Shown here in pieces: positions 1 to 8,450 of a DNA stretch of 64,000 bases. The notes beneath the pieces were generated by a model. That model did not search any database and had not been told where the DNA came from. It saw nothing but the letters and a program-made list of their open reading frames with translations. Location of the stretch: assembly GCA_036501845.1 (NCBI GenBank), contig DASXZO010000108.1, forward strand, positions 14,025 to 78,024, given 5' to 3'. A program made the translations under genes and the position numbers. The DNA comes from Acidimicrobiia bacterium. Its GTDB lineage: Bacteria; Actinomycetota; Acidimicrobiia; IMCC26256; PALSA-610. Every line of letters begins with the position of its first letter. The stretch's first letter is position 1.

Positions 1-895
1 ATTCCTTGGGCTTTGGTTCGTTGAACGCGCGCCAGCTGCGGATCTGCACGGGAAGCGCGAGAAACACGAGCAGAGACTCCCACGGCAGCACGCGCGCAAT
101 CGCGAGGGCGGCAACCGACACGTAGAAGAACACGAACATGCCCTGGGTGACGCGGCGCGCTCGCTGCTCGCCCATGATCACGGGGAGCGTGTGTGTGCCG
201 TCGGCCGCGTCCCACGGCAGCTTGTCGATGTGCTTGCCCATGAGCACCGTGGTGCACAGCACCGCGTAGGGCAGCGACGCGAGCACGATGGCGCCGGGGA
301 TCGTGCCGGTGGCCGCGTAGTAACAGCCGCCGACCATCAGCGGGCCCCACACCGCCACGACAGTCGGTTCGCCGAGCCCGCGCTTCTTGAGCCGCAGCGG
401 AGGCGCGGTGTAGGCCGCCGAGAGCACGAAGCCGCCGAGCGCGAACGCGACGATCGGCCAGCCCTGCGCGACCGCGAGCACCACCATGATCACGAGACAG
501 ATCGCGTTGACGGCGAGCGCGAGCAGGCCGAGCCCGCGTTTGGTGATCACGCCGGAGAGCACGGGGTGCGGCGAGTAGAGGTTGCGCGGATAGTCGACCC
601 GGTCGGTGCCGACCCCCACGTCGAACAGATCGTTCATCAGGTTGTTCGCCATGTGCGCGAGCAGGAGGCCCGCGGCCGACAGCGCGAACCATCCCCACGC
701 CACATGCGCGTCGCGATAGGCGGCGAGAAGGCCGGCCACGCCCGCCGACACGATGGTCATGGGCAGCACTGCCGCGCGTGTGAGGTAGAGCCACTTCGAC
801 ACCGGGTCGAGTGGACCGGGAGGCGGGTTCGTGGTGGCCAGCACGTAGCGCCAGTTCTGGGTGAGGCTGCGCCGCGGCGGTGCGAGTGTGGCCAC
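1..895 (-). CDS. UbiA-family polyprenyltransferase (integral membrane); C-terminal end runs off the window
   Basis: Not in the supplied ORF track because there is no stop inside the window. My own minus-strand translation from GTG (complement of 893-895) gives VATLAPPRRSLTQNWRYV... It has the Asp-rich motif HMANNLMNDLFD (NxxxDxxxD), a KKRGLGE loop and several hydrophobic helices. G/C third-position bias is strong in this frame only. Confidence 0.7.
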   Translation of the reverse strand, partial: MATLAPPRRSLTQNWRYVLATTNPPPGPLDPVSKWLYLTRAAVLPMTIVSAGVAGLLAAYRDAHVAWGWFALSAAGLLLAHMANNLMNDLFDVGVGTDRVDYPRNLYSPHPVLSGVITKRGLGLLALAVNAICLVIMVVLAVAQGWPIVAFALGGFVLSAAYTAPPLRLKKRGLGEPTVVAVWGPLMVGGCYYAATGTIPGAIVLASLPYAVLCTTVLMGKHIDKLPWDAADGTHTLPVIMGEQRARRVTQGMFVFFYVSVAALAIARVLPWESLLVFLALPVQIRSWRAFNEPKPKE

Positions 896-959
896 GGGTC
901 GAGGGTAGGCCCGGAGCCAGAGCTGAGTAAACCGAAGTGCTCCGGTTATCGTCGGTTTC

Positions 960-1595
960 ATGGCCGGTGGCGTGCGGATCGAAGTGGAGGACGACCCCAC
1001 GCCGATGGTGCTGATCCTCGCGGCGACGCTGCGCCGGGCCGTGCGCACAGAGAAGCTCGCCGACACCCTGCGCTCGGCGCGCGGATCGGTGGCGCTGAAG
1101 TCGACCACCGATCCGCAGGCCGCCACCATCCGATTCGCCGACGGCACCGCTCGCGTCGAGCGCGGCGCGGCCACCGACGCCGACGTCACCATCGCCACCG
1201 ACGTGAACGCACTCTCCGACGAGCACCCGCCGAAGCCGAAGGTGAGCGGTGCGGCCCGCCATCCGAAGCTCGCGCTCGCGGCGTCGAAGCTGCTCGAACC
1301 GCCGCAGGACTCGTGGCAGATCGAGGCCGGCCGCTTCTGGGCGTTCTGCGCCGGCCATCCAGGCGTTCCCAGCGGAATCCGCGTGGTGTGCAGAGACGAC
1401 CGCAGCGAGATCACGCTCGGCTCGGCACCGCCGGAGTACGAGCTCCAAGGTCGCGCGCACGCGCTGGCGAGCCTGTTCTGCGGGAACACGGTGCTCGGCC
1501 AGGAGGTGCTCGACGGGAAGCTCTACGCGGTCGGCGCACTGTCCCACACCGCCGAGCTCACCGGCCGCTCGATTGCCTGGATGCTGGGCGGATGA
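960..1595 (+). CDS. SCP2/sterol-carrier-like domain protein, function unknown
   Basis: ORF-track 211 aa. The C-terminal ..LFCGNTVLGQEVLDGKLYAVGAL.. resembles the SCP2 GKL..G end, and an N-terminal half has similar beta-rich character. A TATCGT hexamer lies 7 nt upstream of the ATG. Confidence 0.45.
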   Translation: MAGGVRIEVEDDPTPMVLILAATLRRAVRTEKLADTLRSARGSVALKSTTDPQAATIRFADGTARVERGAATDADVTIATDVNALSDEHPPKPKVSGAARHPKLALAASKLLEPPQDSWQIEAGRFWAFCAGHPGVPSGIRVVCRDDRSEITLGSAPPEYELQGRAHALASLFCGNTVLGQEVLDGKLYAVGALSHTAELTGRSIAWMLGG

Positions 1596-1632
1596 GCCCC
1601 TGGGGCGCGAGTCGCCGGTCGTGGGGGTGGAG
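1594..1632 (+). repeat. Family R repeat, copy 1 (intergenic, supplies the SD of the GS-like gene)
   Basis: GAGCCCCTGGGGCGCGAGTCGCCGGTCGTGGGGGTGGAG, about 70 percent identical to the other copies with 1-2 indels. Confidence 0.6.
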
Positions 1633-1638
1633 TTGATC

Positions 1639-3015
1639 ATGGAAGCAGCAGGCGTGGCCGCGTGGCTCGACGAGCACGGCATCGATTGGATCCGCACCGA
1701 GGGCGTGTCGATCGACGGCCTCGTGATCGGCAAGCACCTCCATCGTTCGAAGTTCGTCGGCGCGTTGCCGCTGGGCAACGCCATCACCGAGCTCGTGTTC
1801 GGCTACGACCTCGGCGGCACGCCGTACCTCGCATGGTGGGACGACTGGCGGCTCGAGGCGCTCGGTGACATCCACCAGCAGCCCGACCTCGACACGCTCG
1901 TCGTGTCACCCGACCGTCCCAACACCGCGCAGGTGCTCTGCAACGCCGTGAACCCGGACGGCTCGCCGTTGCCGGTGTGCGCGCGCACCGTGTTGCGGCG
2001 CGTCGCCGAACGACTGGCCGAGCACGGCATCGAAGCCAAGGCGGCGTTCGAGATCGAAGCGATCGTGTTTCGTGAATCGGTGCTCGACGCGCGCGGTCGC
2101 AAGTATCGCAACCTCACGCCGATGTCGCACCCGACCGCGCTCGGTTACCTCCACTACAACTCGCGTGAGCAGATGGCGTACATCGACGAGGTGCTGCAAC
2201 GCGTCGCCGCGCTCGGCATCCCGATCGAGGGATGGCACGACGAAGCGGCGCCCGGCCAGTTCGAGCTCAACATCCCGCCGAGCGATCCGCTCACGGCGTG
2301 CGATCGGGTGGTGCGCATCAAACAAGTGACGCGGGAGGTCGCGCTCGAGCAGGGCTGCACGGTCACGTTCATGGCCAAGGCGAACGAGGCCTACGGCAAC
2401 GGCCTGCACGTGCACCACTCACTGACCCGCGCCGGCGAGCCCCTCTTCTATGCACCCGACGGTCACGAGCTCTCCGAGATCTCACGCCATTGGATCGGCG
2501 GCCTGATGGCCACCATGGCCGGCGCGACGTCGATGTTGTGCCCCACGATCAACTCGTTCCGGCGCATGGTGGGCTTTGCGGCCGCGCCCACCGTGGCGAG
2601 CTGGGCCGAGGACAACAAGTCGGCCGCGCTGCGGGTGCTCTCGACCGCTCCGAAATCGGCGCGCCTCGAGCAACGGGTGGCGAGCGGCGACGCCAACCCC
2701 TACCTCGTGCTCGCCGCGGTGCTCGCAGGCGGACTGGCAGGAATCGAGAACGCGATCGAGCCGCCACCCGCGCTCGCGGTGGCGGGATGGGGCCTTCCGC
2801 CCGAAGGCTGGCCGCACCTGCCGAACACGATCACGAAGGCCGCCGACGCGCTCGCCGCCGACACGAACCTGCGAGGCGTACTCGGCGACCCGTTCGTCGA
2901 CTACTACGTGAACACACGCCGTTGGGAGTGGCTGATGTACCACACCACCGGTGGCGATCCCGTTGCCGACACGGTCACGCAGTGGGAGCTCGACCGCTAC
3001 TTCGAACTGGTATGA
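1639..3015 (+). CDS. Glutamine synthetase-family enzyme (GlnA3/GlnA4/PuuA-like gamma-glutamyl-amine synthetase)
   Basis: In-frame ATG at 1639 inside ORF 1249..3015, with the SD GGGGGTGGAG 7 nt upstream. GS catalytic-domain blocks are present: AAFEIEAIVF, EAAPGQFELN, YGNGLHVHHSL, SFRRMV, NKSAALRV, ASGDANPYLVLAA. Confidence 0.85.
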   Translation: MEAAGVAAWLDEHGIDWIRTEGVSIDGLVIGKHLHRSKFVGALPLGNAITELVFGYDLGGTPYLAWWDDWRLEALGDIHQQPDLDTLVVSPDRPNTAQVLCNAVNPDGSPLPVCARTVLRRVAERLAEHGIEAKAAFEIEAIVFRESVLDARGRKYRNLTPMSHPTALGYLHYNSREQMAYIDEVLQRVAALGIPIEGWHDEAAPGQFELNIPPSDPLTACDRVVRIKQVTREVALEQGCTVTFMAKANEAYGNGLHVHHSLTRAGEPLFYAPDGHELSEISRHWIGGLMATMAGATSMLCPTINSFRRMVGFAAAPTVASWAEDNKSAALRVLSTAPKSARLEQRVASGDANPYLVLAAVLAGGLAGIENAIEPPPALAVAGWGLPPEGWPHLPNTITKAADALAADTNLRGVLGDPFVDYYVNTRRWEWLMYHTTGGDPVADTVTQWELDRYFELV

Positions 3016-3719
3016 CCGCCGGCGCGCGACCGCGCATCGGAATCGTCGCGCATCCGGAGCTGATCCGCGACCCCGACGAACACGACGAGATGCTCCACTA
3101 CGTGGTTGCCGCGCCATACGTGAAGGCCGTCCGCAAGGCCGGCGCGGTGCCGATCGTGCTCGCCGCCGTCGACGCCTCCGACATCGAGCCCCTGCTCGAC
3201 TCGGTCGATGCCGCGGTGATCACTGGCGGTTGCGACATCGACCCTTCCACCTACGGCGCCTCGCCCCATCCGAAGCTCGGGGTGCTCAATCCGGCACGCG
3301 ACGAGATCGACATCGAGTTTGCCCGTGCGCTCGTGGCGCGTGACCAGCCGACGCTCGCGGTGTGCCGCGGCATCCAGGTGCTCGACGTGGCACTCGGCGG
3401 CACGCTCGCGCAGCACGTCGACGAGCACATGCGGCTCGATGCCTACAACGCCGACGTGCACCCGGTGAAGATCGAGTCGGGGTCGACGCTGGCAACTGTG
3501 ATGGGCGGCACCGAGGTGGGCGTCAACACGCTGCACCACCAGGTGATCGACACGCTCGGCCCGCGCGTGCACGCGGTCGCATGGAATCCCGACGGCCACG
3601 TCGAGGGCATCGAAGTACGCGGGGCGCCGCACATACTCGGCGTGCAATGGCACCCCGAGTTACTGCGTCACCGCCCCGAGCACCTCGCACTCTTCGAGTG
3701 GCTCGTCGCGTCGCGCTGA
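3012..3719 (+). CDS. Gamma-glutamyl-gamma-aminobutyrate hydrolase-like peptidase C26 (class I glutamine amidotransferase fold)
   Basis: ATG at 3012 overlaps the upstream TGA (ATGA). Nucleophile block PTLAVCRGIQVL and His block GVQWHPE are present; 235 aa. Confidence 0.85.
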   Translation: MTAGARPRIGIVAHPELIRDPDEHDEMLHYVVAAPYVKAVRKAGAVPIVLAAVDASDIEPLLDSVDAAVITGGCDIDPSTYGASPHPKLGVLNPARDEIDIEFARALVARDQPTLAVCRGIQVLDVALGGTLAQHVDEHMRLDAYNADVHPVKIESGSTLATVMGGTEVGVNTLHHQVIDTLGPRVHAVAWNPDGHVEGIEVRGAPHILGVQWHPELLRHRPEHLALFEWLVASR

Positions 3720-3737
3720 ACAGCGTTGCGCTCGCGG

Positions 3738-4673
3738 TTACGCGGACAGGTTCAGGTCGGCCGCGAGTTGGTCGGCGTTGGCGCACCATTCGTCGACGGT
3801 GGGTGCGCTCGACACGCCCACTGTCATCCACGTGACGCCGAGGGTGGTGAGCGTGGCCACGTCGTCGCGGAGGGCCGCAGGGTCGTGCTCGTGCTTGCCC
3901 GGCTTCATCGTGGCGCCGGCCGCGCCGCTCATCGGCGCCACGCAGATGTCGAGCGGCTCGGTACGGCCGCTGCTGTCGACGAGCTCGCGCAACGCGTCGA
4001 TGCGCTGTCCGAGCTCTTCGAACGTGGTGAGCGACGGTGTGCGCGTGGCCGCCGAGGTGCGCTGCGGGTTCGGGAACGGGCTCCACCCCTGCCCGTACTC
4101 GACCGCACGGCGGACGGCGCGCATCGAGTTGCCGCCGATCCAGAACGGCGGGTGCGGGAGCTGTGCGGGCCGGGGCGCCATCGTGGTGCCGCGTGAACGG
4201 AAATGGCGACCTTCGTAGGCCACGGCGTCCTGCGTGAGCGCGAGCTTGATCACCTCGAGTGCCTCGTCGGTGAGCTCGTTGCGCTCGTCGTACTCCACGC
4301 CGAGCGCGTTGAACTCGCTGCGGAGGTAGCCGGCCGCGACGCCGAAGATCGTGCGACCGCCCGAGAGCACGTCGAGCGTGAGGATGCTCTTCGCCGACAG
4401 GAACGGGTTGCGGTATGCCAGCACGAGGATGTGCGTGTGCAATCCGATGCGGTCCGTTGTGGCCGCGGCGAACGAGAGCGCCACGAAGGGATCGAGCGCG
4501 TGGTGACCGCCGGTTTCGAGCCAGCGCTGATCACCGGCCGGGTGATCGGTGACGTGGACGGCGGAGAAGCCGAGCGACTCTGCGTGCGCGGCCATGCGGC
4601 CGATCGCCGGCCCGGTGAGCAACTCGCCGGCGTCTTCGACCTGAGATGTGGGCAACCCGAGGGAGAACTTCAC
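3738..4673 (-). CDS. Luciferase-like monooxygenase (LLM) class, probably F420-dependent oxidoreductase
   Basis: 311 aa. Starts MKFSLGLP.., then LGFSAVHVTDHP, AYRNPFLSAK, GGRTIFGVAAGY and PPFWIGGNS, which are typical LLM/TIM-barrel blocks. Confidence 0.8.
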   Translation of the reverse strand: MKFSLGLPTSQVEDAGELLTGPAIGRMAAHAESLGFSAVHVTDHPAGDQRWLETGGHHALDPFVALSFAAATTDRIGLHTHILVLAYRNPFLSAKSILTLDVLSGGRTIFGVAAGYLRSEFNALGVEYDERNELTDEALEVIKLALTQDAVAYEGRHFRSRGTTMAPRPAQLPHPPFWIGGNSMRAVRRAVEYGQGWSPFPNPQRTSAATRTPSLTTFEELGQRIDALRELVDSSGRTEPLDICVAPMSGAAGATMKPGKHEHDPAALRDDVATLTTLGVTWMTVGVSSAPTVDEWCANADQLAADLNLSA

Positions 4674-4712
4674 GGCGCCGGAACCTAGCTGGGCGCCGCG
4701 GCGAGCCCTATT

Positions 4713-5669
4713 TCAGCGCAGGGGCGCGAAGGCGCGGATACGCAGGAACAACGTGTAGATGCTCACGCCGTACTGCGGGTTGGGGGCCCACAGCCCACCG
4801 AGGCTTGCCCATGTGGGACGCGAGTGCCCGTTGTGCGTGAACGTCGCCGGCAAGGTCGCAGGCTGCGACGAGAAGTCGGCGAGCGAATGGATCGTCGGGT
4901 CGGCGAGCCAACGCAGCAACTGGAGCTGGGCGCGCACGCCGTCGCGCGCGGTCGCGAACGGGATGCCGTGCGGGCAGGCGCTGCAGTGGCCAAGGCCGGC
5001 GAAGTTGTTCACCAGGACGTCACTCGAGGAGAAGTCGCCGGTCTCCTTGATCGCTTGCGCGAACGCCACGTCGCCCCGCACACCTTCGATGGCGCCCTCT
5101 TCGAGGTACATGCGCGCGAGCGTGAGGATCGGCACCGTGGTGCGCACGTGCACGCCCGTGGACCGCACGTAGGCGGCCATCTGCTCGGCCGTGAGCTTCG
5201 CGGGGCCGAGGATCGTGCTGCTCGCGTCGCCGCCGTAGAGATGGAACCACTGTTCGGCGTCGCCATTGAGTGTGGCGAGATAACCCGTGTCGCGGTTGAG
5301 CGCGTCCTCGTCGGCCGCGATCTTGGCGCGGATGTCGCCGCGGGCGGAATCGAAGTCAGCCGCCGTCAACTGCGAACGCTGGCTGGTGAGCGCCGCGCCA
5401 CGATCCACCTGATGCACGAGATCGGCGTACGTGCCCTGGGCGGAGTGTTGCACCAACCGGGTCCAGACCGCGATGGCCTGGCCGGCGTTGGGCTTCACCG
5501 TGACCGCTCCACCAGGCAGGTTCAGCAGTACCGCGCCGAGCAGCACTGCGGCGGCCGCGCCGCCGGCCACGCGACGGGCGCGCTCGCGACGGACAACGGT
5601 GGCTCGGCGGCGAGAGCGGCGGAACGGATCCTGTGCGGCCCCCACTCGCATGTCGGACAGAAATGACAT
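4713..5669 (-). CDS. Membrane-anchored peptidoglycan hydrolase (mannosyl-glycoprotein endo-beta-N-acetylglucosaminidase-like domain)
   Basis: ORF 4713..5702. I prefer the ATG at 5669, which avoids overlapping the upstream acyl-CoA dehydrogenase stop (5678). It has an N-terminal TM helix (AAAAVLLGAVLLNL) and the block AFAQAIKETGDFSSSDVLVNNFAGLG, which resembles the glucosaminidase signature. Confidence 0.55.
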   Translation of the reverse strand: MSFLSDMRVGAAQDPFRRSRRRATVVRRERARRVAGGAAAAVLLGAVLLNLPGGAVTVKPNAGQAIAVWTRLVQHSAQGTYADLVHQVDRGAALTSQRSQLTAADFDSARGDIRAKIAADEDALNRDTGYLATLNGDAEQWFHLYGGDASSTILGPAKLTAEQMAAYVRSTGVHVRTTVPILTLARMYLEEGAIEGVRGDVAFAQAIKETGDFSSSDVLVNNFAGLGHCSACPHGIPFATARDGVRAQLQLLRWLADPTIHSLADFSSQPATLPATFTHNGHSRPTWASLGGLWAPNPQYGVSIYTLFLRIRAFAPLR

Positions 5670-5677
5670 TGGGGGCG

Positions 5678-6862
5678 TTAGCTCCTCGGAACTTGACTCC
5701 ATGGGACGTCGCGGTCGACGCGGGGTTCACCCGGCAGCCCCAACACGCGCTCGCCGAGAATGTTGCGCATCACGTTCGACGTGCCGCCCTCGATCGAGTT
5801 CGCCTGCACCCGCAGGAACGCTTTCTGCGGCGTGGAGAGGTCGAGCGCGTGCTTGGGTCGGCCGAACGTGTAGCCGTCGAACAAGGTCGCGTCCATGCCC
5901 ATAACGTCGACGGTGAAGTTGGCGATGCGCTGGTTGAGCTCGGCCATCGCGAGCTTGCCGGTGGAACCCTCGGGTCCGGGCGTACCGACCTTGCGATTGT
6001 TCGAGGCGCGGATGTTGGTGAGCCGCTGCACCTCGGCTTCGATCCACAGCTTCGCGAGCCGGTCGCGATGCACGCCGTTGGCGCGCGTCGTCGCGTCGGT
6101 GGCCTCCCACTGGCGCATTGCCAGCGCGATCATGCCGCCACCACGCGCGGGCACCTGCCCGCCGATCGAGACGCGTTCGTTCATCAGGGTTGTGATCGAC
6201 ACGCGCCAGCCGTCGCCAACGTCTCCGAGGCGATGATTGTCCGGAATTCGGACATCGGTCATGTAGACCTCGTTGAACTCCGCCTCCCCCGTGAGCTGGA
6301 CAAGTGGGCGGACATCCACGCCCGGGGCGTGCATATCGAGCACGAACATTGTGAGGCCCTTGTGCTTTGGGGCCTCCGTGTCGGTGCGCACGATCACGAT
6401 GCCGAAGTTCGCCCGGTGCGCCAGCGTCGTCCACACCTTTTGCCCGTTGACGACCCATTCGTCGCCATCGCGCACTGCGCGGGTGGCCAGGCCGGCCACG
6501 TCGGATCCGGCGCCGGGCTCGGAGAACATCTGGCACCACACGTCCTCGGCGGTGAACAGCCGGCGCAGGTAGTGCTGTTTCAGCGCGTCGCTGCCGTGGG
6601 TGACGATCGTGGGCGCGCACATGCCGTAGCCGATCGGGTTGCGCCCGTAGGGCAGCGGCGCGCCAGCCTTGGTAAGGCGGCTGTTGATCGTGTTCTGCAG
6701 CTTGGGCGTGAGCTCGAGACCACCGTTGCCTTCGGGGAAGTGCACCCAGGCGAGACCGCGGTCGAACTGGGCGCCGAGGAAGGCCTCGTCCGCTGTGGAT
6801 TGTGGCGGGTGCTCGGCGACGAGTTCGTCGCAGAGCTCGACCACGCGTTGTTCGTCGCTCAC
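5678..6862 (-). CDS. Acyl-CoA dehydrogenase (FadE-like), paralog of 43158..44426
   Basis: ACAD blocks are present: CQMFSEPGAGSD, WVVNGQKVWTT, EGGTSNVMRNILGERVLGLP. I prefer the GTG at 6862 (VSDEQRVVEL..) with GGAG 8 nt upstream. The ORF-track Met at 6943 adds 27 Arg/Pro-rich residues. Confidence 0.85.
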   Translation of the reverse strand: MSDEQRVVELCDELVAEHPPQSTADEAFLGAQFDRGLAWVHFPEGNGGLELTPKLQNTINSRLTKAGAPLPYGRNPIGYGMCAPTIVTHGSDALKQHYLRRLFTAEDVWCQMFSEPGAGSDVAGLATRAVRDGDEWVVNGQKVWTTLAHRANFGIVIVRTDTEAPKHKGLTMFVLDMHAPGVDVRPLVQLTGEAEFNEVYMTDVRIPDNHRLGDVGDGWRVSITTLMNERVSIGGQVPARGGGMIALAMRQWEATDATTRANGVHRDRLAKLWIEAEVQRLTNIRASNNRKVGTPGPEGSTGKLAMAELNQRIANFTVDVMGMDATLFDGYTFGRPKHALDLSTPQKAFLRVQANSIEGGTSNVMRNILGERVLGLPGEPRVDRDVPWSQVPRS

Positions 6863-6967
6863 GGGCTGGGCTCCTCGAAGCCGGGGGGAACCACCGGCAC
6901 GAGAGGGGAAAGCTAGTGCGGGCTCCGGGTCGGTTCGCGCCACGGGGACCTGGCAAGCTCGTGAACA

Positions 6968-8437
6968 ATGCGTGTACGGACCCGCGTGGCGCTCGTCGCT
7001 GGAGCCGCGGCCGCCGGGCTCGCGGCCGTCCGCCGCTTCGGACGGTCCCGCTCCGACCGAGCGTTCGTCCAGGTCACAGGCTCACGCACCGCGCGGACGG
7101 CCCGCATCGCGAGCCTCGGCGCGCGGCGGGCCCAGGCCGATGCCTGGCACCGGGCGCGCCGCAGCTTCGTGTCGGCACCACGGCGGGCCGAGCTCGACGC
7201 CGAACACCAACTCCGCAGTGCCGCCGACGTGGCGGCCGTGCTCGGCGAGATGAAAGGCGCGCTGGCCAAGCTCGGCCAGATGGTGAGTTATCTCGACGAG
7301 ACGATGCCCGAGCCCATGCGAGAGGCGCTCGCATCGCTCCAGCAGGACATCCCGCCGATGGCACCCGAGCTCGCCGCCGAGGTGGTGCAGCGGGAGCTCG
7401 GCCGGCCGCCGCACGAGTTGTTCGACGCGTGGGACGACGTACCCATCGCCGCGGCCTCGATCGGCCAGGTGCACCGCGCCATCACGCGCGACGGTCGCGC
7501 CGTTGCGGTGAAGGTGCAGTATCCGGGCGTCGACGCGGCGATCCGCGCCGATCTCGACAACACCGATCTTCTCTTCCGGCTCATCGGGCTCGCGTTCTCG
7601 GGCCTCGACCCCAAGACCGTGGTCGACGAGCTACGCGAGCGGCTCACCGAGGAGCTCGACTACACGATCGAAGCGCGCAACCAGGAGCTGTTCGCCGACT
7701 ACTACGCCGAACATCCGTTCATCCACGTGCCCGCGGTGCTCCACGAACTGTCGACTGCGCGCGTGCTCACCACCGAACTGGCCACAGGCGCGCGTTTCGA
7801 CGAGCTCATGCGATGGTCGCAATCGGAACGCGACCTGGCCGCGGAGACGTTGTTCCGTTTCGTGTTCCGCGGCATCTACCGGATCGCGGCATTCAACGGC
7901 GACCCGCATCCCGGCAACTACCTCTTCGCACCGGGCGGTCGCGTCACCTTCCTCGACTTCGGACTCGTGAAGCACTACACCCCCGCCGAGGTGAAGCTGT
8001 TCACCGACCTCATCGTGGCGATGTGCATCGAACACGACATCCCGCACTTCCGTCGCCTCATCGAGGACGGAGGTGTGTTGCCACGGAATGCACCGGTGAG
8101 CGATCAACAGGTGCAGGACTACTTCGGGCACTTCTACGAGTTCGTGCTCGACGATCATGAGGTCACGTTCGACGCCGAGTATGCGTCGGGCACGGTGCGC
8201 CAGATGTTCGATCTCTCGAGTCCCACTGCGGCGGTGGCGCGCGTGTCGAACGTGCCGAGCGCGTTCGTCGTCGCGCAACGCATCAACCTCGGGCTCCACG
8301 CGGTGCTCGCGCAGCTGCACGCCACCGCGAACTGGCGCCGTATCGCCGAGGAGATCTGGCCGTTCGTGAACGCGCCGCCGTCGACCGAGCTCGGCGAACA
8401 AGAAGCCGAGTGGCTGCGCACGCACCCGCGCGCCTGA
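6968..8437 (+). CDS. ABC1/AarF/UbiB-family atypical protein kinase
   Basis: 489 aa. Contains PIAAASIGQVHRA, AVKVQYPGV, ELDYTIEARN and AFNGDPHPGNYLF, the ABC1 kinase-like core. Confidence 0.85.
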   Translation: MRVRTRVALVAGAAAAGLAAVRRFGRSRSDRAFVQVTGSRTARTARIASLGARRAQADAWHRARRSFVSAPRRAELDAEHQLRSAADVAAVLGEMKGALAKLGQMVSYLDETMPEPMREALASLQQDIPPMAPELAAEVVQRELGRPPHELFDAWDDVPIAAASIGQVHRAITRDGRAVAVKVQYPGVDAAIRADLDNTDLLFRLIGLAFSGLDPKTVVDELRERLTEELDYTIEARNQELFADYYAEHPFIHVPAVLHELSTARVLTTELATGARFDELMRWSQSERDLAAETLFRFVFRGIYRIAAFNGDPHPGNYLFAPGGRVTFLDFGLVKHYTPAEVKLFTDLIVAMCIEHDIPHFRRLIEDGGVLPRNAPVSDQQVQDYFGHFYEFVLDDHEVTFDAEYASGTVRQMFDLSSPTAAVARVSNVPSAFVVAQRINLGLHAVLAQLHATANWRRIAEEIWPFVNAPPSTELGEQEAEWLRTHPRA

Positions 8438-8450
8438 CGCAATGCTGCAG

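Noticed and set aside
1594-1632. Family R element as a G-quadruplex or as a CRISPR-like repeat
   Set aside because: Each copy has only two G-runs, whereas a quadruplex needs four. The copies are tens of kb apart with no regular spacers and no cas genes.
191-1636. 481-aa plus-strand ORF overlapping the UbiA gene and the SCP2-like gene
   Set aside because: The sequence is Arg/His/Gly-rich and of low complexity. It is antisense to a frame with clear UbiA motifs and out of frame with the SCP2-like ORF. This is a typical high-GC shadow ORF.
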